Of a stretch of DNA of 64,000 nt, positions 63,320-64,000 are shown piece after piece. This DNA comes from an uncultured Gammaproteobacteria bacterium (GTDB lineage Bacteria > Pseudomonadota > Gammaproteobacteria > UBA9214): the NCBI GenBank assembly GCA_963773065.1, contig CAVYZN010000006.1:32001-96000 (forward strand), read 5' to 3'. The translations under genes and the position numbers were made by a program. The notes beneath the pieces are model-generated. The model was not told the DNA's origin. It did not search any database and saw only the letters and a list, made by a program, of their open reading frames with translations. The number at the start of each line of letters is the position of its first letter. Position 1 is the stretch's first letter.

Positions 63320-64000
63320 TATTTTTCCGCTCTTACTGCAAGGGTCGAACGATTCAAACGCAGATGCCTTACCAAGGTGGCTAAAGTGGGAGAGAATAGT
63401 CTGCGTCTATCAGGCAAAACAAACATCTTGATCGCACGCATAAAGAGTCTGAAATCGTAAATCAGGTTTTCTATCGGCGACTTGCAACATCGATAAAACT
63501 GACTTTCCGCCAACAAAATGTTTTTGTATCGGGCAACCGGCATACTCCCCATGCTTCTAACCGATAGCTCATGTGGCAACTCGGCATCCAACACATGAAC
63601 CAGATATCCCGCACGATGTAGTCGATTGAAAAGCCAGTGATCCAAATAATCCAGCCAGAATTCAGGATTAAACCCCCCCATCTCGCGAACCGCAGAAATT
63701 CGCAACAACGTGCCCGAGTTAAGCGCCACGATTTCCCATGGAGCGATACCGCTCAATGTTTTATCGACAGGTGAACCACCCCCCCCACAAAACCCGCGCC
63801 GGAGAAATTATTTTATTTTCCGCCACTAGCTTTGGTGCCAAAGCCGCGCACCGTCGATTACCAGCCAACTCGCGCAGACTGCGCCAGAGCGTTGTCAGGT
63901 AGTCCGGGTCAATCACGGTGTCCTGATCCAACAGCAACAACCACTCATTTCCCTCTTTTTCGGCCATGTTCAAAGCCGCATTGTATGCCGCAACCAAGCC
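63319..64000 (-). CDS. GT2 rhamnosyltransferase-like protein, 5' end outside the window (frameshift near 63780)
   Basis: AAYNAAL, WLLLLDQDT, ALNSGTL, GGFNPEFWLDYLDH, LPHELS. Confidence 0.8.

Overview
The whole 64 kb window is a cell-envelope glycan/lipid biosynthesis region, probably from a gammaproteobacterium (inferred from protein style and repeat types). Dozens of single-base frameshifts fall even in conserved genes and look like long-read consensus errors. The left part (1-33 kb, mostly minus strand) holds fcl, gmd, a WecA/MraY-type initiator, exosortase D (XrtD with EpsI domain), a mosaic of glycosyl-, methyl-, acetyl- and amido-transferases with gene remnants and IS fragments, wzx/wzy, an epimerase, ugd and rmlACDB. 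The centre (33-53 kb) is the main result. It is a Caulobacter-type sphingolipid gene set: acyl-ACP synthetase, CerR-like reductase, bCerS-like N-acyltransferase, NTP transferase, metallophosphoesterase, CpgB-like lipid kinase and CpgC-like protein. This set lies between an APS kinase with a degenerate sulfurylase domain and four sulfotransferases plus an MsbA-like exporter, which suggests a possible sulfated (glyco)sphingolipid pathway. spt and acp are not in the window. The right part (53-64 kb) has further GT4/GT2 genes, a ligase-like and a polymerase-like gene, and a stretch of gene fragments. Non-coding structure is rich: a four-helix-bundle gene enclosed by inverted heptamer arrays, a gene-less version of related arms, direct repeats around rml, attC-like sites next to two inverted AT-rich genes, GTAG REPs and a nested perfect palindrome. 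No rRNA, tRNA or CRISPR array was seen.
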